64,000 bases of DNA. Source: Azolla caroliniana. Its lineage: Eukaryota; Plantae; Polypodiophyta. The notes under the pieces were generated by a model that was not told where the DNA came from, did no database searches, and saw only the letters and a list, made by a program, of their open reading frames with translations. The position numbers and the translations under genes were made by a program. The stretch is from assembly GCA_043228905.1 (NCBI GenBank), contig JBHGNT010000013.1:7564001-7628000 (forward strand), read 5' to 3'. Below are positions 39,440-52,671 of the stretch, piece by piece. Within the stretch, counting starts at the first letter, position 1, and every line of letters begins with the position of its first letter.

Positions 39440-39557
39440 ATGGGATGGTTCACTTGCTATGGGGTTGGGAGGAAAGAGGGCAAATCAGAACGAGAGAATG
39501 ATCGGCACCATTTGGTCATTGCTAAGCATCCGGTCATGGCAGGGAAGGTCCAACCAG
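39440..39557 (+). CDS. Kinase exon 1
   Basis: ATG GGA TGG TTC ACT TGC; donor CAG|GTAAT. Confidence 0.85.
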
Positions 39558-42500
39558 GTAATATAAATAAGCCATTAATTCCATTTCTTCTTCTTCGCCA
39601 TCTCCTTTTTTTCATTGCAAGTTCTATCAGTTCTTCTAGATCTCAATATATCGTTACCGGTTTTCATCTGATCCAGCAGCTTCTTTTTCTCTGAGGTGGG
39701 TATGGATTCCTATTGCATCTGACCTACAAAAAAGATATAATTTTTTTTTATTCTTCAATGTGGATAGGGCTTTCCATTGCATCAAACTTTTGACCTAGTG
39801 AAATACTTGTAGATCTTTTTAGTTATTTGAACCGTACATCCCACCTATATGTAGATGCTTGTTATTCTAGCTTATAGACTAGAAATTGACATAGAATATT
39901 CAAATCGATTCTGTTTGTCAATGAGTTTACTTTTTTGCATAAGCCACCCAGCCACACATAGCTTAGAAAAGACTGTTTCTCAATAACTGGATTCTTCTGC
40001 TGTATCTAGATGCTTGTATGAAGTATAATAACACGAAGAAGGACAAGATCTGGTCTCCTCGATTTTATCTACATGAATCTGTACTAGGATGGGCACTTGT
40101 TAAACAAGTACATAAAGTGAGCTGAATGTGGCCTTGAAAATGCAGTTTTTCTTTGAATGTTTGGGTACACACTAATGAGAACAAGAGCAAGAAGAGGAAA
40201 ATATAATCTGATGGATTTGTGTAGAAAATGAATCTACGGATGCTATTTTGGACAGATATATCTTCAGATAATGCAGAAGCAACAGGCACTACATTTGAAA
40301 GATCAAGAGAGTCATCGGAATCGAGTTTGCGAACTACGAAATCAATTACTGTGCCAAAGTATGAGATTCCTCAAGGGTTGAATATACATGCACATACTTT
40401 TACATTCCATGAACTTGCTGTAGCTGCTCAAAACTTTAGCGAGGATTGTCTGATTGGGGAAGGTGGGTTCGGACCAGTATTCAGAGGCTATTTGGATGAC
40501 GGACAAGTGTGAATCCACTCTCACCCTTACACACATAAAAGCAAATTTCTACATCTTTTCTTGATTGCATTTGGGAAATGTGACGTCTGATTACCTTGCT
40601 TTCTTGTCAGGTTGTTGCAATTAAGAAGCTTAACACACATGGATTGCAAGGAAATCGTGAGTTTCTGGTGGAGGTGCTTATGCTTAGTCTTTTGCAGCAT
40701 GACAATCTTGTCAATCTCATAGGATACTGTGCTGATGGTGACCAACGGCTACTTGTGTATGAGTACATGGCCTTGGGATCATTAGAAGACCACTTGCATG
40801 GTGAGATGAAGAGGTGTTCTTTATGTGCGGGTCTAATTAACTTTGTAAAACACTTACAGATAATTCTGTGATTGATTATTTTTAGGCAAAAAATGTGAAA
40901 GGCCTCCGAGTTTTTCCCTACCCATTGTTTATTCCCCAAATTCCCTCCAAAGTTGGCCAACGCCCTGAAAGAGCAATATATACTTGCTATTTGAGCAGTT
41001 ATATGATCAATTCATCTCGTTTCCCTCAATTCTATGAGAAAATCTCAGCAATAGTGTGGCCAATTCAACCCATTTTTCTCTCTTTAGTGCATTTGAGGAA
41101 CAATGTAACTCACGGGCATTTTGGAGAAAACCTCGGTGGTATTTCAGAGTTTTTCTGTTAATTAAATGTGAAATCTAACGCAAAATATTTGAAATTAATT
41201 GCAGACATTCCGGAGGATCAAGAACCCTTGGATTGGAACACACGTATAAAAATAGCTGCTGGGGCAGCAAAAGGTTTAAAGTATCTACATGATACTGCAA
41301 ATCCACCAGTGATTTATCGGGACTTGAAATCTTCCAATATACTTCTTGGAGATGATTTTCATCCAAAACTATCAGATTTTGGGTTGGCAAAACTTGGACC
41401 AGTTGGAGATAAGTCACATGTATCTACACGAGTGATGGGGACCTATGGCTATTGTGCTCCTGAATATGCTATGACAGGTCAATTGACAATGAAGTCGGAT
41501 GTGTATAGTTTTGGGGTTGTATTACTGGAGTTAATATCGGGAAAGAAGGCAATGGACCAAATGAGACCATCAGGTCAACACAATTTAGTGGCATGGGTAA
41601 GATTTCTTAAGGATCTAAGGTATCATACATAGATCTTTCTATATGTGTATGCTAAGCTTTTATGTTTATGAGAGTGATGGCCATTTTTCTTTTTGTTTTT
41701 CGGAGTCCTCTTTTAGAATAGAAATTCCTCATCCATTGCATTTCATTGTATTTTTAGCTTGGTTCTTGATGTTGTTGTTTCTCTGGTTGTGTTTTTCCTT
41801 TGTTGAAATATCTTCAAGTCCTGTCCATATTTTCTGCGTTCAGAAATTGGATTTACTATCTAGGGATTTTTTATTTTGTGAATGTGGGAGAAGAATGAGC
41901 TGCAGACCATTAAATCATGAGCACATGGGATGTTGGAAGTGATTTCTCAGTTTGCATTCCCATTTCTTCCCTGGACATTGGGAATGGATGTCTTGGGGTC
42001 TCTTTGAAGAGGCCAAAATTGCCTATGACACCAAACAGCAGACCACATCTGTAAAAGTTATCTCATCTTGGAGTACAAACAAAGAAAAACAGCAAAAATG
42101 CAGCCTGCCTTTCTTAACCACAAGAACTAGAAAGTATATACACTGTTGAACATTCTGGTTTTGTGAATTTGTTTTTAGAGATTCCCACTAGTTGAGAATC
42201 TATCAATATGAGCTCAAATAGATTGAAACTTTGCCTTCTAAATATCCCCAACTTTGACTGATCTAAGATGGAGATGAATCGGAAGTGAGGAAAGCACAGA
42301 TGGGTTTCAGATTATCATGCCCCAAATTGATTGATAACAGTGCGGTGATCCCACAGTTCAGGTGGACATGCTATGCTTCCATGAAAAATTGGTATTTCTA
42401 TATCCTAGGGACTGTAGTGGTTGAGACCCTATTGGTGCTGCCCTTGACTGTCATGTAATAGGGCGTGGAGGATAGAGAAGGCTTGGTGTGGCAAGTATAT

Positions 42501-45500
42501 CAAACAGCCAATTGCACATAATCTCTCAAAGGGGCCAAGGGTCTTGTAAATGTGCATGGCTTAGGGCAACATGTTTTTGTTGAAAGATTTTAAATATTAT
42601 AGTTTCTAGCTATGGAATTCACTTCAGATGTTCATTATTGTTTATTATGGCAACTTGAACTATGATTCATGAAATATAACTGTGCAACATTAAGGAGAAA
42701 CATGGTTTGTTGCGAACACCTCGACTCTTCTTGTTTTTGATTATTTGATTTTGCCTTCTTTGAGGGAAGCTTCATACTTTTTCCCAATGTGGACAATGAA
42801 ATCAGGCACGTGTTTGGAGTTTTGAAACTCCCTTTGTATTGGCTCCCTTAAATGTTTGTGATCCGTATTTTAGGCTATAGGAAAGGAAAAGATTGCCTGT
42901 TTTAACTTGCTCACAAATGTGAAAAATGACGGTAGTCGTGAGTATCATGCATTTGTAGATTTAATGAGATGACAATAACATGGATCTACTCAAAGTACTG
43001 GAGCTTGCTGGGATCCCATCATTAATTACGTGATAAATCCTCGCATAGGATGACACGTTTTTAATTCATTATTTCTTGTGCACGTCTATAAGTGTGCACA
43101 TCTCAGAGCTTGTCCATAGTCAGGTTTCTTAGGGTCTGCTTTGATTTCATGCAGAGCTCACCCTACAAAGGCTAATGGTGGCTAGAATTAGCTTGGAACT
43201 TCAATACAAGGAGGAGATACAATAAATAAGGTTATACCCATTTATGGGGTACTTTATGGGGACATAATGAAACTCAAGTGACTTTACACTCATTGGAAAC
43301 TCAGGATACAGTAAATACCCTAGAATTAGTGTAACACACTTCATCTCATTGTTTACTCAGATGTATACCGTCTTTCTCAAATATATATTGCACCCGATTT
43401 AGGAATGTTAATGTATATCAAAATCTGGGTCCAAGATACCTGTGGGTAGATTGATCAAAGTTACTTGGTTCTGATGCTATGGTTGATGCTGTCTATCTCT
43501 CAGCAGCTGTCTCTTCGTTTTTTGCAATGTATGCCTAATCTCTGCACACTCAATGTAACACCACTCAAGCGTGGGTAACAAGATCAGAATCCAGATTCTT
43601 CTTGGAAGAGGAAAAGGTGGCATACACACGCTCCTACAGATACCTATGAGTAACATTCACAGGGCCTAGGTTCTCCTTATGTAATGCTGCTTGTGCCCGA
43701 CTTTCTCATGGATATGCAGCCCTTGGTGCTCTTGAAAGACAATGTGCACATTTGTAGTTCCAAGGGCCACAAACTAAACTGAGGCTATTTGATACACTTG
43801 TGACACCAACTCTTCTCTATGGAGTAGAGACTTGGGGACCAAGTCTTAACAAGGCAAATACTGGAAGGTTTCAGAGAGACCTTTTGTTTCAATGATTGCC
43901 TACATGATAAGGAGCAAAGTATCGGTGCCCATGATATAATCCAGGCAGAGATGAGAGCAGAACCTATAATCATCGAGGCATTATTTCGATCAGTGACCTG
44001 TATCCAACAACTTTGGGAGCTCCTTAAACGAAGGTACTCAAGGTTGTCAGCAAAAAATCTTGCTGAACATGGAGACATTCATTGTTGGTATGTTGAAATG
44101 CAACAATGGTTCGAGTCACATGGCATAAGCATAAATGCACCCCCATTCCAATATAGCTTGGATGGTCCCCCCATCTAAACATGACCAAATTGGAAAAGAA
44201 TAGAGTGATCTGAACTGATATTATTAACTTGGAAAACGAGATAACATGGATCAGCCCCAAAACATCAGTTGGTAGGAAGATGGTCCACCATAAGAAACTT
44301 TTTACACATGTCTGAGGATGATTCAACATCAGGCCATCTTATACTGACATACATCTATCCTATGTGCAGTGTGATAAATCAGCTGTGAACTTCTCATCAC
44401 ATACATTAGAGATTGAGGTAGGTAGATATGCACAAATATCTCTAGAACAAAGAATTTGCTAAGTGTGTCATTAGGGAATGGAATTTGGAGAACACTGTGG
44501 TTGTCACTTTAATGTTTTTTTATAAAATAAGGTGATACCATTGCCTCTTTAAGCAAATCTTTAGCCCACTATTTGCAAGGTAATGAAATATGAGGACCAA
44601 CGGTGCTTTGAGCTTTTCTTTCTAAAACTCAAGAAACATAAGGAAAATTTGTTGGACAACATGACAACCACACAAGCTCATCAGCAAAGACAATCACAAC
44701 TGTAACGAACCTAAAACATGGGGATCTCGAAACAGACCCAAAACATGGTGGGGAGAAGAGAGATTAACCAAAACAGAGATTGCATTAATATAAATTAAGC
44801 ACGATTAACAAGATGACTAAGTACAAGCTCCTTAGAGCTACTATAATTAAGGAGAGGGAGGAGAGAGTTTGTAAATCCGGGAATGAACCAGAATGAGGAG
44901 TGACTCCTTATATAGGCCAAGGGTGGTGGTAGAGCTTCCTTGGCGTTAGTCCAAGAGGTGGCTTTTGAGCTCCCTTGGGCGGTAGGCCAAGAAGTGTCTT
45001 TTGGTCTCCCCTGAGACTGGTTTTTGGCACTGTGACGCTGCTGATTTTGTAGCAGTGTCCGGGATTGGGTATTTCCTAAGTCCCAACTCAGATTGGGACT
45101 GGTAGTCCCAACTCAAGGGTGGAAACCCATATTTGGGACTGGGACTAAGACCGTGGTTCCCTTCTTGTGTCCCAACTCGATATGCTTGTGGCAACGTCGA
45201 TCGTGACTCCTTGACCCCACTCGTTTTGGGGCTTCTTGAGTCCAGCCCGACTCACTTCGGGATCGTGATCCGGTTGGGACTCTCTTGGGACACAACACAA
45301 CTTTCTTTAGCCCCACCACCCCTACTCATGCTACAAGTCAATCAAGGGCTACACAAATCGGCTCCTGTCTAGGACATAACAAAGGGGTTACAATAAATTG
45401 GGCAATAGCAATTTGTCATGCATGTAGGCCCCAGCATCATGGACCACGATCTCACTATCCTTGTCATCGACAGATGAAGGCCATTATCTTTTGCCATCAC

Positions 45501-46802
45501 AGGTACTTCCCTCGCATCAGAAACCTTTCCGTTTTGGATCGACCTATGTTAGACATCTTTTGAAGACAAAAGTAGCACATATCTGACTTGAGAATCTTAC
45601 TTGTACAGATGACAAGTTTCTTTAGTTGCGTCTTAATTATATTTTTATTTACTTTATTATTATTATTTAGCTATGTTTATTTTGGTTTGCTGTTCTCAAA
45701 GATGAGACAACATTTTAAGATGTAATCTCTTGTTTGGCCTCTTAAAAGATGTTAATATATCTTTCTTCTTTCCTACACAATACGAATTGAAGCAGGCAAA
45801 GATAATGCAAAAATCAATACCAGCGATCCAAATTATCCTGAATTGCGTTATAGTCTTAAAATCTGAAAATTGCGTCAATCTTTAATCTGGAAACTGTTCC
45901 TGTCTTTCTTGGGGACTATTATCTGCAACTGTTTTATAGGACGAGTTCTACTGACCTTCAGAGATTTTATTAGAAGATCTGTTTAAATACAAAATTAATT
46001 TTTCTGTAGTTGTCCTTTATGGGATTATGCTTGTATCATCTTATTCGTATATCCTTTCTTGAGATTCATTACATTAAACTGAATGTATGTCTCTGATTGA
46101 CAAAATATGTTAATTTGATGCTTTGGTGGCATTCGAAAACTTGGGTGTTTCATGAAGTCGAAACCAAACTTCAAATTGTTGTCTCTGAATGGAAATGTTG
46201 AAGGCTAATTGTTTTCTTAATGATACTGACAGGCACGACCCCTTTTCAAAGACAGGAAAAAGTTTGCTCAGATGGCTGATCCAAATCTACAAGGGAACTA
46301 CCCTGCGAGGGGATTGTTCCAAGCCCTAGCTGTAGCAGCTATGTGTGTACATGAGCAAGCTGCATCAAGGCCCTTGATAGCAGATGTTGTCACAGCACTC
46401 ACGTTTCTTTCCCAGACTCCTCATAACACTCCTCCAGCCACAATTTCTTCTTCAGCACGATCTTCCTCAGCTGCTATTGAACAGCAAATTTCAACCTCAA
46501 TAGCTGATTGTAGTTTAGAGTCTCATGATCGATACCATGAAAATATTTTGTATGATAAACAATCCACAGCATCAATACAGGCTGATTCACATGATAGAGA
46601 TAACGATGGCTCACATGATAGAGATAACGATGGTGTGGATGATAAGAGACAAGGAGCTATGGAGAGTGAGACAAAGTATACAAGCTGGAGATCGCCAGCA
46701 AGGGGTAAAGAGAGAGAGCAGGCTATTGCTGAAGCAAGGATATGGGGTGAAACCTGGAGAGAGAAGAGGGAGACTTCACGATTGGAAAAAGAAGGTGAAT
46801 AA
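39440..46802 (+). CDS. PBL27: Receptor-like cytoplasmic kinase VII, PBS1/PBL27-like, ~506 aa. Exons 39440-39557, 40256-40506, 40611-40800, 41205-41596, 46233-46802
   Basis: MGWFTC acylation-type N-terminus, [51 protein letters not shown], and C-terminal [18 protein letters not shown]. All introns are GT-AG with consistent phases (1521 nt). The orthology label is tentative. Confidence 0.93.
40256..40506 (+). CDS. Kinase exon 2
   Basis: Acceptor GACAG (an alternative AG lies 12 nt downstream). [10 protein letters not shown]...GEGGFG; donor CAA|GTGTG. Confidence 0.88.
40611..40800 (+). CDS. Kinase exon 3
   Basis: TCAG|VVAIKKL...LEDHLH|GTGAG. Confidence 0.95.
41205..41596 (+). CDS. Kinase exon 4
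   Basis: GCAG|...catalytic loop and activation segment...NLVAW|GTAAG. Confidence 0.95.
43570..44700 (+). mobile_element. 5'-truncated degenerate LINE (same RTEX/L2-like type) in kinase intron 4
   Basis: [18 protein letters not shown] and [19 protein letters not shown]-like remnants. Confidence 0.75.
44701..45392 (-). mobile_element. Probable solo LTR in kinase intron 4
   Basis: TGTAAC...GTTACA inverted termini, TATA box on the minus strand at ~44910, GC-richer than the flanks. TSD not clean. Confidence 0.55.
46233..46802 (+). CDS. Kinase exon 5
   Basis: ACAG|[11 protein letters not shown]...[11 protein letters not shown]...TAA. Confidence 0.95.
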   Translation, partial: ARPLFKDRKKFAQMADPNLQGNYPARGLFQALAVAAMCVHEQAASRPLIADVVTALTFLSQTPHNTPPATISSSARSSSAAIEQQISTSIADCSLESHDRYHENILYDKQSTASIQADSHDRDNDGSHDRDNDGVDDKRQGAMESETKYTSWRSPARGKEREQAIAEARIWGETWREKRETSRLEKEGE

Positions 46803-48419
46803 AAATGGGGTCAAGCTACCTAAAGAGATGGTTCAAACCTGTACCACGACATCATTGCTTATTAACGATTTAAATCCATCATCATATGAAGGTTTCTGCT
46901 ATTCAGTAATGGCCAGTTAAGACCTCCAAGTGGTTGTCTCATGAATGAGTATCTGAGAAAGTGAGGACATTTGAATCTCTCATCCTTATGTTTCTGGTTT
47001 CGGTGGAAGTCCAAGGATTGTAAAATATGAAGACTAATAATACTCCTTTATCTGCAGAATTTCAGGTTTTTGTATGTTGTGTTGTCTGGTTGAAGCCAAC
47101 AATCCTCTTGATACTAGTGTGTAAACTATACCCTGATTTGTACATGGTTTTCATTCGGTATTTCTTGATAACATCATGTATCATTTGGTATTCTATAATT
47201 TATTTGTGGTCTTTCTAAAAGAGATTCGTATGGTACCCAACTTTTTTTGTGCTTTTATTCAAATGTGAAATAGGGAAATTAAAATGCCATGTCTACGGAT
47301 ATTTTGTTCAAGTTGGAAGCATTGAGGTTTCTTGGAGTTTACTATTTTCATTTGCTTTTAATTAAGTATGAATTTAGGATCATGCTTGCACCTTGGTTTT
47401 TTGGTACTTGCTGAATGTTCTTTCCATTAGCACTACTAAGTAGAATTATTGCTCGCTTAATCCTAGCTTCCCCTCAAATTAACTTTTACTAGTTGGAAAA
47501 CATGTATACCATCTTTTTGCTCTTTATAATGTGTCTGCTTTTCTAATTTTCATTGAATGACATCACCAACTTTACACAACTAAATGGATGGGTTAGATTG
47601 ATGATCTATCTTCATGCTTTATAACATGTAAATAGTTAGAGAAATGTATGTATAATTCTCATGCAATGGGTAGATAAAATAGATGTGTAGTGTGTGATGT
47701 GTGTGAGATGTAAGAGAGACGAACAAAATAGGAATGACTAGTGTGTGTTACGTGCATAACCATAATTGATCATGAGATGGGTTTTTCATAGTTTTCATTA
47801 ATCTTATGATGAGTACATGTAGGTTAGTTTTGAAAGGAACGGGGATATAAATTGTAATATTCAATTCTATGATGTGGGGTAACTATTAAATGTGTTATCA
47901 CTTGACCACTAGGGTTTTTGCCTATATAATAAGGCTAACTACTTTTTATCAAGGAGGCTTGACTTATGTTGAGCCTATTATGATAGTGTGACTATGGCTC
48001 TTGTTAACTAAGCACTTGTGATCCTCACAGAAGGCACAACTCACACCGAGGAGATTTGAGTTCGTCTCACACTGTCTATAACTGCTTATGTTTTGCTTTA
48101 TTAATTAGTTAGACTATACCAACATAAAATAAGGAATTGGTTTCTTAGAACTTTTGTGGAAGCACACATAAAATTGGGAACAATCTAATCATGATTGGCA
48201 TAATGAGTCGAATATCTAAGGTATCCACTTTATTCAATGGAAAGGCATCTCCCATTTACAAAGTCAACAGTGAGCTTTAATACACAAGCATGTCCCAAAC
48301 AATTTCTGTTCATACACAAGGTTTGGGATACTAGGGCTTGTTATCTCAAAATTCATATTTGCTATTGTGCATATTCTATACAAAAGGTGCGAAACCAATG
48401 ACAAGATGTCTTGTTCATG

Positions 48420-49012
48420 ACTAGAGTCGAAGTTAGGCCAAAGTCGATGGTAGTCGAGAGTTGAAGGTAGGCCAGAGTCAAAGGTAGCCTAGAGTTGAAC
48501 GTAGTAGTGATTCAAGCAATGAGTCATGTCTGAAATCAACATGTAATTCACCCAAAGACCCTGAGATTATGAACAAATTTAACAATATGAAGTCTAGATG
48601 GTCTTTTTTATATGTTAAAATGTTGGATTATGAAGAAATTCCCTTTATAAAATAGGGTTTACAAGATTGTAGAGTTTTTTATTGTACAATGATGATAATT
48701 TTTCAGAAATTAAACATGAACTAAGAACCCTAAATTTCACAAAGACGGTGAAAATTAAACCTTAAAACTGTAAATATGTTGTGAAAAAGAAGAAGAATAT
48801 GAAGAAAGGAATAAAGTGAAGCCTCAGGGAGAAATCCTCGAGTTTTGGTGGAATCTCCTAATGATCAAAGACCACATAACCTCTTGTTGTGTCAAACCAT
48901 TCATAATCTCAGGTTCTTTGAGTGAATTACATGTTAATTTCAGGCATAACTCACTACTTCAATCACTACTACGTTCAACTCTAGGCTACCTTCGACTTTG
49001 GCCTACCTTCTA
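48420..49012. repeat. Long inverted repeat with ~18-bp tandem subrepeats (fold-back DNA transposon remnant)
   Basis: GAAGGTAGGCC...GAGATTATGAA (48463-48573) is reverse-complemented at ~48900-49010. Confidence 0.75.
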
Positions 49013-52000
49013 CTAAATATCTGAATATATGCTTAACTACGTTCCAATGTTGTCAGCCAGGGTTGTGCACGAATCTGTTGACGACTCTTACGATGTGTGC
49101 TATGTCTGGTTGTTGTTGCGGTTTTCCGCGTGGATGCGTAGAAATAGGACGGGACCACCGGGATCTTGGACCAAGGAGTTGGAATAGGGAGGAAGGGAGG
49201 ACCGTGTCATAGTCCGGATAGCTACGCCGGTCCGGTCCTCGGTGGCATATTGGACACGGAACAGTACCCAGATAAGGGCGGAGCAACTCGCCGGCCTGAG
49301 GGAGTGTATCTTTTCCCGGTGAGGATGCCGGGGAGCAGTGGCAAGCACACAGCCTCACGGACTCATATGTGCACGCAACAAATTCAGGACGGGAATAAGT
49401 CACGACCTTAGAGTACGACCAACACACGTCAAGTAGGAGCCACGCAAAAACCCCAACAAAGGGGACTCAACAAACTGATGATTAACAAAGAACAATGCTA
49501 AGCGCTCTTTGGAGAGACGCACACAGAGAGACAGGACAAAGAATCTCTAGTTGAGAGCACAAGGGTTGCCATCGCGAGCAGAGGCTTCCTCTCCTTGTTA
49601 GAAATGGTGACAAGCACAAGACGAGAAGAGACAGAGAGAGGTAGAGAACTCGGCACTCAATCCGACAACACTTCCTCCTCCTAATTCCTAGATCCCTTTC
49701 TTAGTCTTCTCTCCCTCCTTTTATAGCCTAAGGAGAGAGAGAGAGTTGTTACATCAGATAGTTAAGTCAGCCGCTTCCGACAGAGATTTTCCTCGATTCC
49801 CTAATGTCAAACTCCCACATTCCTCTCTATTTGTGCGAGTCTTTAAAGTGCTCATTAACCCTACTACCTAGTAATTACTAGTCCAATATTATTACATGTT
49901 TCACACATAAAGGAAAAACTTTGTACATCCGTGTAAACACCCATTCCCGCGCATCTTGCTCCGTTTCCTTATGTGGTCAGAATCCTTCACGACATCCACC
50001 CCCACCAAACCGCACATCCTCCAAAATGTGCCAAGTAGTGAAGTGGTGGATATTCTGGCTCAGCCTTTACGCCTCCCTTCCCAGGTTGTTGCTGATCGGG
50101 TCCTCTCTCATCTCCTCACCCTAGTCCGCACTTTCGCCCCCTTCTATCTCCAGCTCCGGTTCATGCTCGCATCGTCTTTTGAAGGTCTTTATCCGCTTTC
50201 CCGCGATAGGTGCTGCTACCCTCGTCCCGTTTAGTTCCGCAAGGTGGTAGGTTGCATTGTCGTTCACGCTGGTCACCACATACGGTCCGAACCACCATCT
50301 TGCAAACTTTCGGATCGACCGATGCTGGTTGTCTAAGTTGTTGTCGTAGACCAGCACCCAATCACCTTCTTTGATCTTCTTCGGCTTGAGTTGGTGGATT
50401 CGATCGAACCGGCCCTTGTTCTTCTCCCTTGACGCGTGCAACTTCGTCTTTGCTCATTCTACGTCCTCCGGCCTTCGCTCGAGTTGACAGATCTGTGCTG
50501 CCAATAGCTCCTCCCGGCTCATCTCCTCCGACCAATCGATCACCGTCCATGAAGAGATTGTCCACTCTACTGGCATAACTGGCCTTTGCCCCAACATAAG
50601 TTCTGCCGGCATGTACCCGATCACCGAACTATGCGTAGTCCGGTCAACCCATAGTGCGTAAGGTAGGAGCCTTGGCCAGTTTCGTACTCGTCCCTTGCAT
50701 GCATGTACCAGAGCTTTCACAATTGACCCGTGCCCGCGTTCTACCTTCCTGTTAGCTTCCAGATTGTACGTCGCGGTGAGGGAGAGATTGACCCCTAGCC
50801 GGTCGAACAACTCCTCCGCTTGCTGCGCGTCTAGCTCTCCACGGTCGGCCACGACTTTCCCTACACACCCGTAATGGCAAATCACGTCTTCGACCAGGAA
50901 CCGACATACCGCCACAGTCGTTTTGTTCGTTAAAGCTCGACAACCCACCTGGTTCGTTAGATCCTCCCGCGCAAGCACTAGATACCTCATTTATCCTATC
51001 CCCATAGGCATCGTTACTAGGTCGACCATCCATTTGAAGTGAATGGTTGGTGGGTAAGTCGGGTGTAGCCCCTCTCGATGCCGAATGCTGGAATGCACTT
51101 GGCAGCTTTCGCATGTTGTCATGAAATGATGGGCATCCCGGTACATTCCCGACCACCAATACTTCTCCTTCAACTTTTCAAACGTGGCCCAGGTTCCATG
51201 GTGTCCAGACCAAGGGTTTTCGTGAAATTCTGACAGGAGCACTGATTGCTCTTCATTCTTTATCACCACCCGGAGTGGTGTGCCGGTCCGCTTCTTCGGA
51301 TGCTGCCATATCTTGCCATTCCATAGGAAGAACCGACATGCCTTCTTCCGGACCCGGATCGCCTCGTCTTTTGTCCACGTCGTGTCCGGCGCCATCGTGC
51401 TTAGGAACCTGCCGATTCGTAGCCACTTCCCCTAGTAGTCGTTCTCGTTGAACTCGTTTAGGACTGGAGTGTTGTGTCTATTCGCCCTCAATCAGGCAGT
51501 CTCGAAGAAATCCACACCCATCTCTTCATCCTCTGACACCATGCCGTCCTCGTTGTCGAACCGCGCTCTTGAAAGCATATCGGCCATGGCATTGTCCTTT
51601 TCGGAGATGTGCCGGATCTCCGGATTCAAGGATTAGATATCCGTCTTGATTATCATGTCTGTCCCGATTAAGTAGTCTTTATCAGCCTTGACCGCTGAAA
51701 CGATACCCCAGAGTTCACGTTTAACTTGGGCGTATCCCCGTTGCCACTCACTCAACACCTTCGCACCGAACCGGATGGGGAACCGTGTACCCTCCTCGTC
51801 TTCTTGATTAACTACCCACCCGATTCCGGTCGGACTCGTATCCACCATTACGTTGTCGCGTTGCTATGCGCGTGCGTGGAGAAGGGCGGGACCATGGGGG
51901 TCTTGGACTAAGAAGTAGAGGAGAAGGAATCGGACACGGAATGGAATATTTGCTCAAGAAGAAGAAGAATGAACAAGAGATTAACTCGAACAAGAGGAAG

Positions 52001-52671
52001 ATGGAGACGAGATGATCAACAAGATATGTTAAAACGAAATGAACGATTACAAAATGGTGGCCGCGTAGGCCGCACCAAACGACTACTCGAAACCCTAACC
52101 GACGAAGATGAAGATAAAGATCAAGAAACCCTAACCCTAACCCTAACGCTTGACCTATGTGGTATACCTCGCACACTCAAAATAGGCAACCCTCACAATG
52201 GTGCCTTCCCTCTCCTTTTATAGCACAAGGAGGGAAGACCGTTTACAAAACGAGACTAAAATATCCCCTTTCATTCAAAGGGGATATTTGCCTTGATTTG
52301 GGGGAGGGTGAGATTGATGGCCCCCTTAACTCCCACCTCCTCACAAACAACTAGGTACCTATGTACCGCATAGTACCTCTCTCTCTCTCTCTCTCTCGCG
52401 TGGATGTGTGCACAAGACCACATCGCCTTTATACCTCAGGGATCTTATGGGGCATTTCTAGCACCATACCCTTTACCCTTATTATTATTACAAATACATT
52501 ATGTACGTGTGCAACGTTGCACATCGCTCTTTGGCTCTCGTTGCTTGGGTTTCCGCTTGTGGACGAAAATCTTCACGACATCCGCCCCCACCTAACCGCA
52601 CATCCAACGGTATGTGCCAAAACATAGGGGAGAGAACACAAGATTTTCGGCCACGACGACCGACCGAGTCC

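Noticed and set aside
40010-40052. Extra kinase micro-exon
   Set aside because: Its end phase does not fit exon 2, and exon 1 joins 40256 in frame without it.
47633-48124. Possible old solo LTR downstream of the kinase
   Set aside because: It has a TATA box and ends in AACA, but there is no clean TG start, no matching TSD and no second copy in the window.
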